Positions 10,047 to 16,759 of a stretch of DNA of 20,000 nucleotides are shown one piece after another. Source of the stretch: an uncultured virus (IMG/VR IMGVR_UViG_3300027963_005227) (lineage: Duplodnaviria; Heunggongvirae; Uroviricota; Caudoviricetes); the IMG/VR virus record IMGVR_UViG_3300027963_005227, positions 54,609-74,608 of that record. The stretch is one strand, 5' to 3'. The notes beneath the pieces were generated by a model, which saw only the letters and a program-made list of their open reading frames with translations, did not search any database and was not told the DNA's origin. How positions within the stretch are numbered: the first letter of the stretch is position 1; each line of letters begins with the position of its first letter. The translations under genes were made by a program, and so were the position numbers.

Positions 10047-10517
10047 ATGAATTTTAAATTAATAAATCAATTTGATGCGGATTTAACAAATAAAATATTT
10101 GAATTTTGTAAAATTTCCAAACCACTAGACTTTTGCTTAATCTCATCAGCCTACATCCGCAAAAAGAAAATTATTGATTTTATTAACTATTTAGAAAGCG
10201 AGAGTTTTAATTATTTAATAGTGTCCGATGAGAATGAAGAAATTTTTATTTCATTAAAAAAAATAGATGATAACATAAAAATACTTTTTGTTATGAATAT
10301 TTCATTTAGACACTCAAAGATTAATAAAGCTTTGGATGAATTTTATTCTTTTCTTTTCTCCGAAAATGCTCAATGCGAATACATTTATAGCGATATTTCC
10401 CGCAAATTTAAATTAAAAAAATATCTTTCTTGGATTAACAAGTATGCAAAATCGTGTAAAGTAAAGTTTGACAACGATAAAATTATCGCTTACTGGTATA
10501 AACAACATGTTGAATAA
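10047..10517 (+). CDS. hypothetical protein
   Basis: 156-aa ORF, ATG start, overlaps the next gene. Confidence 0.65.
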   Translation: MNFKLINQFDADLTNKIFEFCKISKPLDFCLISSAYIRKKKIIDFINYLESESFNYLIVSDENEEIFISLKKIDDNIKILFVMNISFRHSKINKALDEFYSFLFSENAQCEYIYSDISRKFKLKKYLSWINKYAKSCKVKFDNDKIIAYWYKQHVE

Positions 10518-11022
10518 AAATAAATTTGATTCAAGCGGAAAAGCTTTAGAAATGGGTCAGAATGCTGAAAAATCCTTCTCTTTTTGCGCTGAAGCTAGAG
10601 GATTTAAAGTTACGAAATCATCTTTTAATGATGAAATGAATCATATAGATTTTTACATTCAGTCTCCCGAAAATGTTAAAGTTTCTGTAGATGTTAAAAG
10701 TAGAAAAAAAATTAATCGTGCTGATGATAAAGTCAACGATGATTTAATCTGGATTGAATTTAAAAATGTGCAAGGTCGCAATGGATGGCTGTATGGCAAA
10801 GCTGATTTTATTTGTTTTGAGAGAGAAAATGATTTCATCATGGTGAATCGAAAATCTTTGGCTAAACTTTCTGAAAAACTTGTTGACACTTCCCTGATCA
10901 ACGTGCATCGTTCCGCTCCTCTCTATACTGGCTATCAACGAAAAAATCGCAAAGATCTTCTCTCTCTCATAAAAATAACTGACATAATAGACAACATAAA
11001 ACACATCATATTCACAAAATGA
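10507..11022 (+). CDS. PD-(D/E)XK nuclease-like phage protein (likely start ATG 10507)
   Basis: E...HIDFYI...VSVDVKS pattern resembles a restriction-endonuclease fold active site. Also has WIEFKNVQGRNGWLYGKADFICFE. Confidence 0.55.
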   Translation: MLNKNKFDSSGKALEMGQNAEKSFSFCAEARGFKVTKSSFNDEMNHIDFYIQSPENVKVSVDVKSRKKINRADDKVNDDLIWIEFKNVQGRNGWLYGKADFICFERENDFIMVNRKSLAKLSEKLVDTSLINVHRSAPLYTGYQRKNRKDLLSLIKITDIIDNIKHIIFTK

Positions 11023-11282
11023 TTGCTAAACTCATCGAATCAAGCTTCAACTTCACGCAACTAGATCCACTCTCATCTTATCCAATACAATTAACTTGTT
11101 TGCTAAATAAATATTTGCCAAATATTGTTCTTCATAATGTTTTAATTAACAATATTGAATACAAGATGGAAATCAAGAAAACCTATTTCATCTCTGATGA
11201 AATCATTTTAATTCATGGCTTCTTATCTTGTGAAAATGAACTTGGACTAGTAACTTTTGAACTCTCCCTTTCTAATAATTAA
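11019..11282 (+). CDS. hypothetical protein
   Basis: 87-aa ORF, ATGA overlap with the upstream gene. Confidence 0.65.
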   Translation: MIAKLIESSFNFTQLDPLSSYPIQLTCLLNKYLPNIVLHNVLINNIEYKMEIKKTYFISDEIILIHGFLSCENELGLVTFELSLSNN

Positions 11283-11525
11283 ATGAGATCTATGACATTA
11301 AAAAATCGAATTGATGAAATTGATGCTACTGGGCTTGATGCTTTGTGGGCAATTTTAAAATATAAAGAAATTGGCATTTTGCGAAAAGTAAAGTGCATGG
11401 CTTATGTTTTGAATGTTGACTCAGATGAATTAATCAGCCAACTGCCACAAGACGAAGGTCGCCTTCTAGACCAACCAACCAGAACTGAAATTCACAAACA
11501 TCTACTCGCTCGCTCTAAAAACTAA
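11283..11525 (+). CDS. hypothetical protein
   Basis: 80-aa ORF abutting its neighbours on both sides. Confidence 0.65.
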   Translation: MRSMTLKNRIDEIDATGLDALWAILKYKEIGILRKVKCMAYVLNVDSDELISQLPQDEGRLLDQPTRTEIHKHLLARSKN

Positions 11526-11737
11526 TGAATAGTTCATACTATATCTTTTCTCCAAATGGAGAATTCATTCAATCTTACAATGAAGCTCTTGAAGATTCTT
11601 TCAAGTGGGCTAAATGCTGCGCTAATCAGTGTAATGGATACATTATGAGAGTAGTGACACAAGGCAAAGATAGAATTTCTTCTGAGTTTGTTTGGGGGCA
11701 AACTCCCGAAATGCCTTCCCCTCACGGGAATGATTAA
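11525..11737 (+). CDS. hypothetical protein
   Basis: 70-aa ORF, TAATG overlap with the upstream stop. Confidence 0.6.
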   Translation: MNSSYYIFSPNGEFIQSYNEALEDSFKWAKCCANQCNGYIMRVVTQGKDRISSEFVWGQTPEMPSPHGND

Positions 11738-11759
11738 AGAGAAATGAAAATCTCTTTTT
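11736..11759 (+). terminator. weak possible intrinsic terminator
   Basis: AAAGAGA/TCTCTTT stem followed by T run, directly after a stop codon. The stem is AT-rich and weak. Confidence 0.3.
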
Positions 11760-11772
11760 GCTAGTTACTTGC

Positions 11773-11805
11773 GCTCTCCTCATGGCTCCATGCCGTGAGG
11801 AGAGC
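11773..11805 (+). repeat. GC-rich 14-bp inverted repeat / RNA hairpin upstream of HNH gene
   Basis: GCTCTCCTCATGGC-tccat-GCCGTGAGGAGAGC: 13 Watson-Crick pairs plus one U:G, 5-nt loop, no T-tract. Confidence 0.8.
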
Positions 11806-11828
11806 ATTCGTTACTATTGATTGTTTAT

Positions 11829-12395
11829 ATGAATGCAGTAGATCCAAATGCTAAAGTTTCTTTACTTTTAAATAGCGCATGGCAACCAGTTTGTGCTGTC
11901 ACTGCTCGCGCAGCTTTTTTACATATTTTAAAAGAGAGAGTGGGTGCTGTCGATGCTAATCAAAATATATTTTCCACTTTTTCTCAGTGGATTAAAAATG
12001 GTTCATTTTTTAAGAATCAACCAGTTTTAAGAAGCTCTCAAAAGTCTTGGCCAATTCCCACAATCATTGTGGTTACTCACAAGTTTTTTCGCCAATACAA
12101 AAAGACTAAGCTATCTCTTGGCGAATTAGCAAAAATTTATAATTATAGATGTCAGTATTGTTTAAATAAATTTAAACTTTCAGAGTTGACAATTGATCAT
12201 ATAATTCCTAGAAGTGCTGGTGGAGCGGATGATCATAACAATAGAACTCTTGCTTGCACAAAATGTAATAATCGAAAAGGAAGTCAATTCCCATTTTTTA
12301 ACATTAAAAATGAACAAGTGAATGCTCCACCTATTCCAGCTTTTGTTTTAAATGCTAATGCGCAAAGAGAAGAGTGGAAAGATTTTTTAATTTAA
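11829..12395 (+). CDS. HNH endonuclease (McrA/HNH_5-like; likely start ATG 11829)
   Basis: N-terminal LLLNSAWQPV, CQYC zinc knuckle, LTIDHIIPRSAGG...NRTLACTKCNNRKG. Confidence 0.9.
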   Translation: MNAVDPNAKVSLLLNSAWQPVCAVTARAAFLHILKERVGAVDANQNIFSTFSQWIKNGSFFKNQPVLRSSQKSWPIPTIIVVTHKFFRQYKKTKLSLGELAKIYNYRCQYCLNKFKLSELTIDHIIPRSAGGADDHNNRTLACTKCNNRKGSQFPFFNIKNEQVNAPPIPAFVLNANAQREEWKDFLI

Positions 12396-12401
12396 TTTAT
12401 T

Positions 12402-12521
12402 ATGAATAAAGAAGCAGGTAAAGGATCAAAACTTCGCAAAGGTGCAAACTTAAAAGCTTATAGAGACAACTATGATAAAATCTTTCGTAAAGTTGAAGAT
12501 CCAAAAAATCTCAAAAAATAG
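12402..12521 (+). CDS. small basic phage protein, 39 aa (MNKEAGKGSKLRKGANLKAYRDNYDKIFRK...), not in ORF track
   Basis: Fills the gap between HNH and uvsE. The GKGSK.R......Y..NYDKIF pattern resembles a small protein type recurrent in aquatic phages (recalled, not searched). Confidence 0.65.
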   Translation: MNKEAGKGSKLRKGANLKAYRDNYDKIFRKVEDPKNLKK

Positions 12522-12549
12522 TTGACGAGACATAAATCCTCGGCATATT
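12522..12549 (+). promoter_or_regulatory. sigma70-like promoter for uvsE (TTGACG-N16-CATATT)
   Basis: -35 at 12522-12527 and -10 at 12544-12549, 5 nt before the ATG at 12555. Confidence 0.5.
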
Positions 12550-12554
12550 AAAGC

Positions 12555-13466
12555 ATGAACTTATCCCTTTGCTGTATCTCAAAAAGTCTCTCTGATGAAG
12601 GTCATCGTTTCAAAACAATGACTTACACTCAGTTTTGTAAAAAATCCCAAGATGAATCCATGAATGAATTGTGCGCTCGCATTTTGCACAATTTTAAAAT
12701 TACTCATCGCACAATTAAATATTGCCAAGAAAACTACATTCAAGGATATCGACTCTCCTCATCTCTTGCTCCTGTTCTCACTCATAAAAATGTTAATTTA
12801 AAGATTAGCGATCTTCCAAATTATCCTTCAATTGTGCAAGAGTGCGAAAGTATTCAGCAAACATTGCAGAAACAGTATCTACGAATTTCTGCTCATCCTA
12901 GCGAGTATATCACGCTGAGTTCTTTGGATGAAAATTGCATCAAAAATAGCATTCTTGATTTAGAGCAACATGCTGAAATTTTTGAGTTACTTGGCTTGCC
13001 TAAAAGTTATCAGAATCCATTGAATATTCACATTCGACAAGATGGAGATCCAGTAGGCATCTCAAAAAGAGTGATGAAAGTTTACGACTCTCTTCCCAAC
13101 TCTGTTCGCAATCGACTAGTGATTGAAAACAACGATAATGCTAAAGGAGTTTGGAGCATTAAAAATCTTCTTAAATACTTTCCCAATATTCCAATCACGT
13201 TCGATACTCTTCATCACAAACTATTAAGCGATGATTGGACTCATGACTACGCTTTTCACTCAGCAGCAGACTCTTGGACCTTTTTCACTCCATTGTTTCA
13301 TTACTCAGAGGGCATTGTAGAGAAGGGTAAAGAAACTCGTAAACATGCTGACATGCCAACGAGTTATCCTACAAATTATAATCGTCCAGTATTTTGGGAT
13401 GTTGAATTAAAACACAAGTGCCACGCTATTTTTAAAATTCGTCAATTAGCAGCAAATAATTTGTAA
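12555..13466 (+). CDS. uvsE: UV DNA damage repair endonuclease UvsE (UvdE family, TIM barrel)
   Basis: YRLSS, ISAHPSEY, LEQHAE, NIH, LVIENND, FDTLHH, HYSEG, HAD and DVELKHK metal-binding motifs. Confidence 0.93.
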   Translation: MNLSLCCISKSLSDEGHRFKTMTYTQFCKKSQDESMNELCARILHNFKITHRTIKYCQENYIQGYRLSSSLAPVLTHKNVNLKISDLPNYPSIVQECESIQQTLQKQYLRISAHPSEYITLSSLDENCIKNSILDLEQHAEIFELLGLPKSYQNPLNIHIRQDGDPVGISKRVMKVYDSLPNSVRNRLVIENNDNAKGVWSIKNLLKYFPNIPITFDTLHHKLLSDDWTHDYAFHSAADSWTFFTPLFHYSEGIVEKGKETRKHADMPTSYPTNYNRPVFWDVELKHKCHAIFKIRQLAANNL

Positions 13467-13473
13467 TTTCAGC

Positions 13474-13501
13474 TTGCATAATGACTCAGTCCTGCTATAT
13501 T
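13474..13501 (+). promoter_or_regulatory. sigma70-like promoter (TTGCAT-N16-TATATT, extended -10 TG)
   Basis: In the intergenic gap before the glucosaminidase. TGcTATATT at 13493-13501. Confidence 0.45.
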
Positions 13502-13547
13502 AGTTGCAGGTATAACTAATTGCTATTTCCAACACAACTACATTGCT

Positions 13548-14243
13548 ATGAAACTAATTAAATTGTTTATTTATTCTAATTTAGCCTTGATGGAACTCTG
13601 TTCTTGCTCGAACCCATTATTTAAATTGCGCAATTTCAAAGCTAATCTTGAAAAGGATGCTATTGCATATTCAGCTGACCCAGTGTCATACCCAACAGTA
13701 GTAGTTAATAATAGTTTTTTAAAAAAATCATCAAGCAAAGAGCCAGTTCAAGCTTCAAACAAACAAAAAATTTCATCCTCTTATAATGTCACGAAACCTT
13801 ATCCAATAACTGCGAAAGACTTGGATAAAATCCTACAAGGAAAACTTCGTAATAAGGGTCAAGACATTATTGATATCAGTAAAAAATATAAAATTTGTCC
13901 ATTATTTTTAACTGCAATTTGCTGTCATGAAAGTAGCAATGGATCATCTGTTTATGCTCAAAAATATAATAATGTGAGCGGTCAAATGAAACGCGATAAA
14001 TCTTCTGGTAAATGGGGACCATTAAAATTTGCATCTGTGAATGAATGTTTAAATCGAACCGCATCAAACTTAAAAGAAAATTATATTGATGGTGGAAGAG
14101 TTACCATTTCTAAAATTCAAGCTAAGTACTGCCCAATTATCACTAATAAAAAAAGCAAAGACTATAATGATTCTCGCGGTGTAAATCAATATTGGGATAG
14201 TGGAATTCAAAAATGGATGACTAGAATACAGTGCGGAAAATAG
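13548..14243 (+). CDS. GH73-like glucosaminidase (lysozyme-fold peptidoglycan hydrolase) with N-terminal signal-like segment
   Basis: KYKICPLFLTAICCHESSNGSS...NNVSG...FASVNECL...ISKIQAKYCP pattern. N-terminus MKLIKLFIYSNLALMELCSC, followed by a S/K-rich linker. Confidence 0.78.
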   Translation: MKLIKLFIYSNLALMELCSCSNPLFKLRNFKANLEKDAIAYSADPVSYPTVVVNNSFLKKSSSKEPVQASNKQKISSSYNVTKPYPITAKDLDKILQGKLRNKGQDIIDISKKYKICPLFLTAICCHESSNGSSVYAQKYNNVSGQMKRDKSSGKWGPLKFASVNECLNRTASNLKENYIDGGRVTISKIQAKYCPIITNKKSKDYNDSRGVNQYWDSGIQKWMTRIQCGK

Positions 14244-14294
14244 ACTTGGCTTTAATAATTTATAATTACAAAACTACTCTCACTCTTTAAAATC

Positions 14295-14441
14295 ATGAAC
14301 ACTCTATTAATATTTTTATACATCATTTTCTATACGATTATTGTTGTACCAATTTCTTTATTTTGCGACTGGAGAAAAAAACCTTTTCCAAAGTTTCTCG
14401 ATAAATTTCTTAGCTTATTAGAGCGTAAAATGGGCTTGTAA
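14295..14441 (+). CDS. small single-pass membrane protein, 48 aa (MNTLLIFLYIIFYTIIVVPISLFCDWRKKP...), not in ORF track
   Basis: ATG 14295 to TAA 14441. About 22 hydrophobic residues followed by a basic tail. Confidence 0.55.
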   Translation: MNTLLIFLYIIFYTIIVVPISLFCDWRKKPFPKFLDKFLSLLERKMGL

Positions 14442-14484
14442 GATTTATCTGGAAAAAATCTCTCATTGTAATACTATATCTCAT

Positions 14485-14557
14485 GGGGATGTAACTCAGC
14501 TGGTAGAGTGGTAGCTTTGCAAGCTATTTGTCTGGGGTTCGAATCCCCACTTCTCCA
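14485..14557 (+). tRNA. trnA: tRNA-Ala(TGC)
   Basis: Cloverleaf GGGGATG/CTTCTCC with the G3:U70 Ala identity pair, anticodon arm GTAGC-TTTGCAA-GCTAT, T-loop TTCGAAT. No encoded CCA. Confidence 0.92.
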
Positions 14558-14564
14558 CTCATTT

Positions 14565-14636
14565 GCCTTCGTAGCTTAATGGTGAAGCGCCTCATTTGTA
14601 ATGAGGATATTGCGGGTTCAAGTCCTGCCGAAGGCC
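14565..14636 (+). tRNA. trnT: tRNA-Thr(TGT)
   Basis: GCCTTCG/CGAAGGC acceptor stem, CCTCA-TTTGTAA-TGAGG, GCGGG-TTCAAGT-CCTGC. Confidence 0.93.
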
Positions 14637-14658
14637 CACTTTTTTAATATTTTATTTC

Positions 14659-14746
14659 GGGTAGATGCCAGAGAGGCCAAATGGAGCAGACTGTAAATCT
14701 GTTAGCGTAATTGCTTTCGTAGGTTCAAATCCTACTCTACCCACCA
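14659..14746 (+). tRNA. trnY: tRNA-Tyr(GTA)
   Basis: GGGTAGA/TCTACCC, GCAGA-CTGTAAA-TCTGT, long variable arm, encoded CCA. Confidence 0.95.
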
Positions 14747-14822
14747 ATTTTTATGTTTACTTTTTTTTTATGTAGTTTATTATTTTGTCTAGGATTTTTA
14801 GTTTATTCATTACTCACAATCA

Positions 14823-15413
14823 ATGAATAAATTTTCTCCTAATTTTAAAGTTTTTCATAGTTGGGCTTGTAAATATGCTCGCAAGCACAATAAAAAAATA
14901 GACATTCGACCAACATTTTATGTTCGTAATGGTGGAAATTGTTTGGGATATTGCGATGGAGACACAATGGTCGTGGCTAGAAAAGATGAGCTTTTCGAGG
15001 ATACTTTTGTTCATGAATTTTCTCATTTGATGCAAGCAGTTAATAGAATCCCTTTATGGAGAGATGGTCATGATGATTCTTTTTATTGTGATTTAAAATC
15101 TAAATCAGTCTCTATGAATAGTTGGAGTTCTTTTTGGCAAATTTTAACTATTGAACATGATTGCGAATTTCGTGCAATTAAATTGGTCAAACGGTGGAAT
15201 CTGGGATGTGATAAAAAATACGCTCAAAGAGCAAATGCTCATTTGTATTATTTATGCTATCTATTTATTAATAATAGTGAAATTCCATATGATCAATCAT
15301 TTCCAGACATCACTGACAAAATGCCAAAAACTCTTTGTAGTTTGCAGTCTTTTAAAAAGATAGATATGAACATCATGGAATTCATTTTTGAAAAATGCAA
15401 TCCTATTCAGTAA
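14823..15413 (+). CDS. zincin-like metallopeptidase (HExxH)
   Basis: CLGYCD...TFVHEFSHLMQ with a downstream EHDCE acidic ligand, resembling the ImmA/IrrE-like layout. Confidence 0.65.
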   Translation: MNKFSPNFKVFHSWACKYARKHNKKIDIRPTFYVRNGGNCLGYCDGDTMVVARKDELFEDTFVHEFSHLMQAVNRIPLWRDGHDDSFYCDLKSKSVSMNSWSSFWQILTIEHDCEFRAIKLVKRWNLGCDKKYAQRANAHLYYLCYLFINNSEIPYDQSFPDITDKMPKTLCSLQSFKKIDMNIMEFIFEKCNPIQ

Positions 15414-15457
15414 TATATCTATATGGCTCTTCCAAAACCTAAAAACCATCTAAACAT

Positions 15458-15532
15458 TCCCATGTAGCTCAACGGCAGAGCGATTCCCTGTTAAGGAATA
15501 AGTTGTAGGTTCGAATCCTACTGTGGGAGCCA
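15458..15532 (+). tRNA. trnN: tRNA-Asn(GTT)
   Basis: TCCCATG/TGTGGGA, ATTCC-CTGTTAA-GGAAT, G discriminator, encoded CCA. Confidence 0.94.
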
Positions 15533-15542
15533 CTTTAATAAC

Positions 15543-15616
15543 AGGCTTATAGCTCAATTGGCAGAGTGTGGTTCTCCAAAAACCATGGGTTGTAGGTTCG
15601 AATCCTGCTAAGCCTG
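15543..15616 (+). tRNA. trnW: tRNA-Trp(CCA)
   Basis: AGGCTTA/TAAGCCT, TGGTT-CTCCAAA-AACCA, GTAGG-TTCGAAT-CCTGC. Confidence 0.93.
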
Positions 15617-15632
15617 CAATTTTTATAATAAT

Positions 15633-15827
15633 ATGATTGATACAAGCGATTTCACCTCTCTACAATCTGATCAAAATCTCATTAAAAAACTAATGAATCT
15701 CTCCATTGAGAGTGAATCAGATCAAAAAACCCTTAATTTCATTTTGAAGAATGATAAATTCTCTCAAGCTCAAAGAGACTGGATGAATACTTTACTCCTT
15801 AGAAAAGGAAGTTCTTTCTCACTTTGA
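15633..15827 (+). CDS. hypothetical protein
   Basis: 64-aa ORF with ATG, between tRNA-Trp and the beta-barrel gene. Confidence 0.55.
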   Translation: MIDTSDFTSLQSDQNLIKKLMNLSIESESDQKTLNFILKNDKFSQAQRDWMNTLLLRKGSSFSL

Positions 15828-15888
15828 TTTTAAATAATTTTTGATACTAATGAGTAGTTATTATCAAGAAAACAAAACAACAACACAT

Positions 15889-16377
15889 ATGAAAAACACA
15901 ATTAAAGCAATCGTATTTGCCCTCGTTTCCTCTATTTCTGCATTGCAAGCAGGAGAGCCGCCTCTTCCACAAGTTGTAGCTTATGAACCAAGCGTGAAAG
16001 TTAATGCATTTGCAGCATCTCTTTTGAATGAAGATGCTGATGCAACTTATGGTGGCGGAGTTTCCATTGAAACTTTGAGCATCGATAGTGTAGGCTTACG
16101 AGCATCTCTTCTCGCTCTTGAAGATGAGACATTTACACTTGGTTTGAGCGCTCTTTACACAGTGCCAGTTAGCCAAACCTTTGGAATTTATAGTTTAGCA
16201 GGAGTAGACTATGAAGTTGATCAAGCATTTTGGAGCGCTTCTCTTGGTGGTGGAGTTACTGTGGCTCTCTCTCAGCGAGTCGATTTGTTCGTTGAAACTT
16301 CTTACAGCTTTGCTCTGGATACAGACAACAAGGACAAAGCTTGGGGAGTATCTGCTGGCGTAGGAGTTAAGTTCTAA
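15889..16377 (+). CDS. outer-membrane beta-barrel protein (OmpA/Ail/Lom-like, about 8 strands; likely start ATG 15889)
   Basis: Sec signal peptide MKNTIKAIVFALVSSISALQA|GE, alternating amphipathic strands (YGGGVSIE, IYSLAGVDY, LFVETSYSF), and terminal beta-signal GVGVKF. Confidence 0.85.
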   Translation: MKNTIKAIVFALVSSISALQAGEPPLPQVVAYEPSVKVNAFAASLLNEDADATYGGGVSIETLSIDSVGLRASLLALEDETFTLGLSALYTVPVSQTFGIYSLAGVDYEVDQAFWSASLGGGVTVALSQRVDLFVETSYSFALDTDNKDKAWGVSAGVGVKF

Positions 16378-16382
16378 TTTAA

Positions 16383-16470
16383 GATGGGATGGCTGAGAGG
16401 TTTAAAGTAGCGCTTTGCTAAAGCGCCGTAGCCTTAAAAGCTACCGAGAGTTCGAATCTCTCTCTCATCG
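16383..16470 (+). tRNA. trnS: tRNA-Ser(GCT)
   Basis: GATGGGA/TCTCATC, GCGCT-TTGCTAA-AGCGC, long variable arm, G73. Confidence 0.92.
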
Positions 16471-16476
16471 CTCTTT

Positions 16477-16550
16477 GCGGGTATAGCTTAGTGGTAAAGT
16501 CCTAGTTTTCCAAACTAGCTATGCGGGTTCAATTCCCGCTGCCCGCTCCA
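16477..16550 (+). tRNA. trnG: tRNA-Gly(TCC)
   Basis: GCGGGTA/TGCCCGC, CTAGT-TTTCCAA-ACTAG, U73, encoded CCA. Confidence 0.95.
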
Positions 16551-16551
16551 A

Positions 16552-16625
16552 AGACTCATAGCTCAGCTGGTTAGAGCATCGCTTTGATAAAGCGAAGGTC
16601 ATTGGTTCAAGTCCAATTGAGTCTA
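16552..16625 (+). tRNA. trnI: tRNA-Ile(GAT)
   Basis: AGACTCA/TGAGTCT, TCGCT-TTGATAA-AGCGA, ATTGG-TTCAAGT-CCAAT. Confidence 0.94.
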
Positions 16626-16631
16626 CTTTTA

Positions 16632-16716
16632 GGATGTGTGGTCGAGCGGTCTAAGTCAGCAGACTTGAAATCTGCCGTAGCGAGAGCTACCGAGAGTTCG
16701 AATCTCTCCGCATCCG
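16632..16716 (+). tRNA. trnS: tRNA-Ser(TGA)
   Basis: GGATGTG/CGCATCC, GCAGA-CTTGAAA-TCTGC, long variable arm, G73. Confidence 0.93.
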
Positions 16717-16724
16717 TTATTTAT

Positions 16725-16757
16725 AAAAGTGCAATTCGCAAGGATTGCACTTTTTTT
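16725..16757. terminator. bidirectional intrinsic terminator
   Basis: AAAA-GTGCAATTC-GCAA-GGATTGCAC-TTTTTTT (GNRA loop), between the convergent tRNA cluster and lyase gene. Confidence 0.88.
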
Positions 16758-16759
16758 AT

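Noticed and set aside
11773..12395. IscB/HEARO-type RNA-guided nuclease system
   Set aside because: The protein lacks RuvC, PLMP and RRXRR features, and the non-coding space is only about 90 nt. Kept only as a hairpin observation.
15423..15467. Mini-ORF MALPKPKNHLNIPM running into tRNA-Asn
   Set aside because: Only 14 codons and overlapping the tRNA 5' end. It could be a gene remnant but cannot be supported.
14485..16716. CRISPR-like or other repeat array (recurring GGTTCGAATCC)
   Set aside because: The repeats are tRNA T-arms, with no constant repeat-spacer periodicity.
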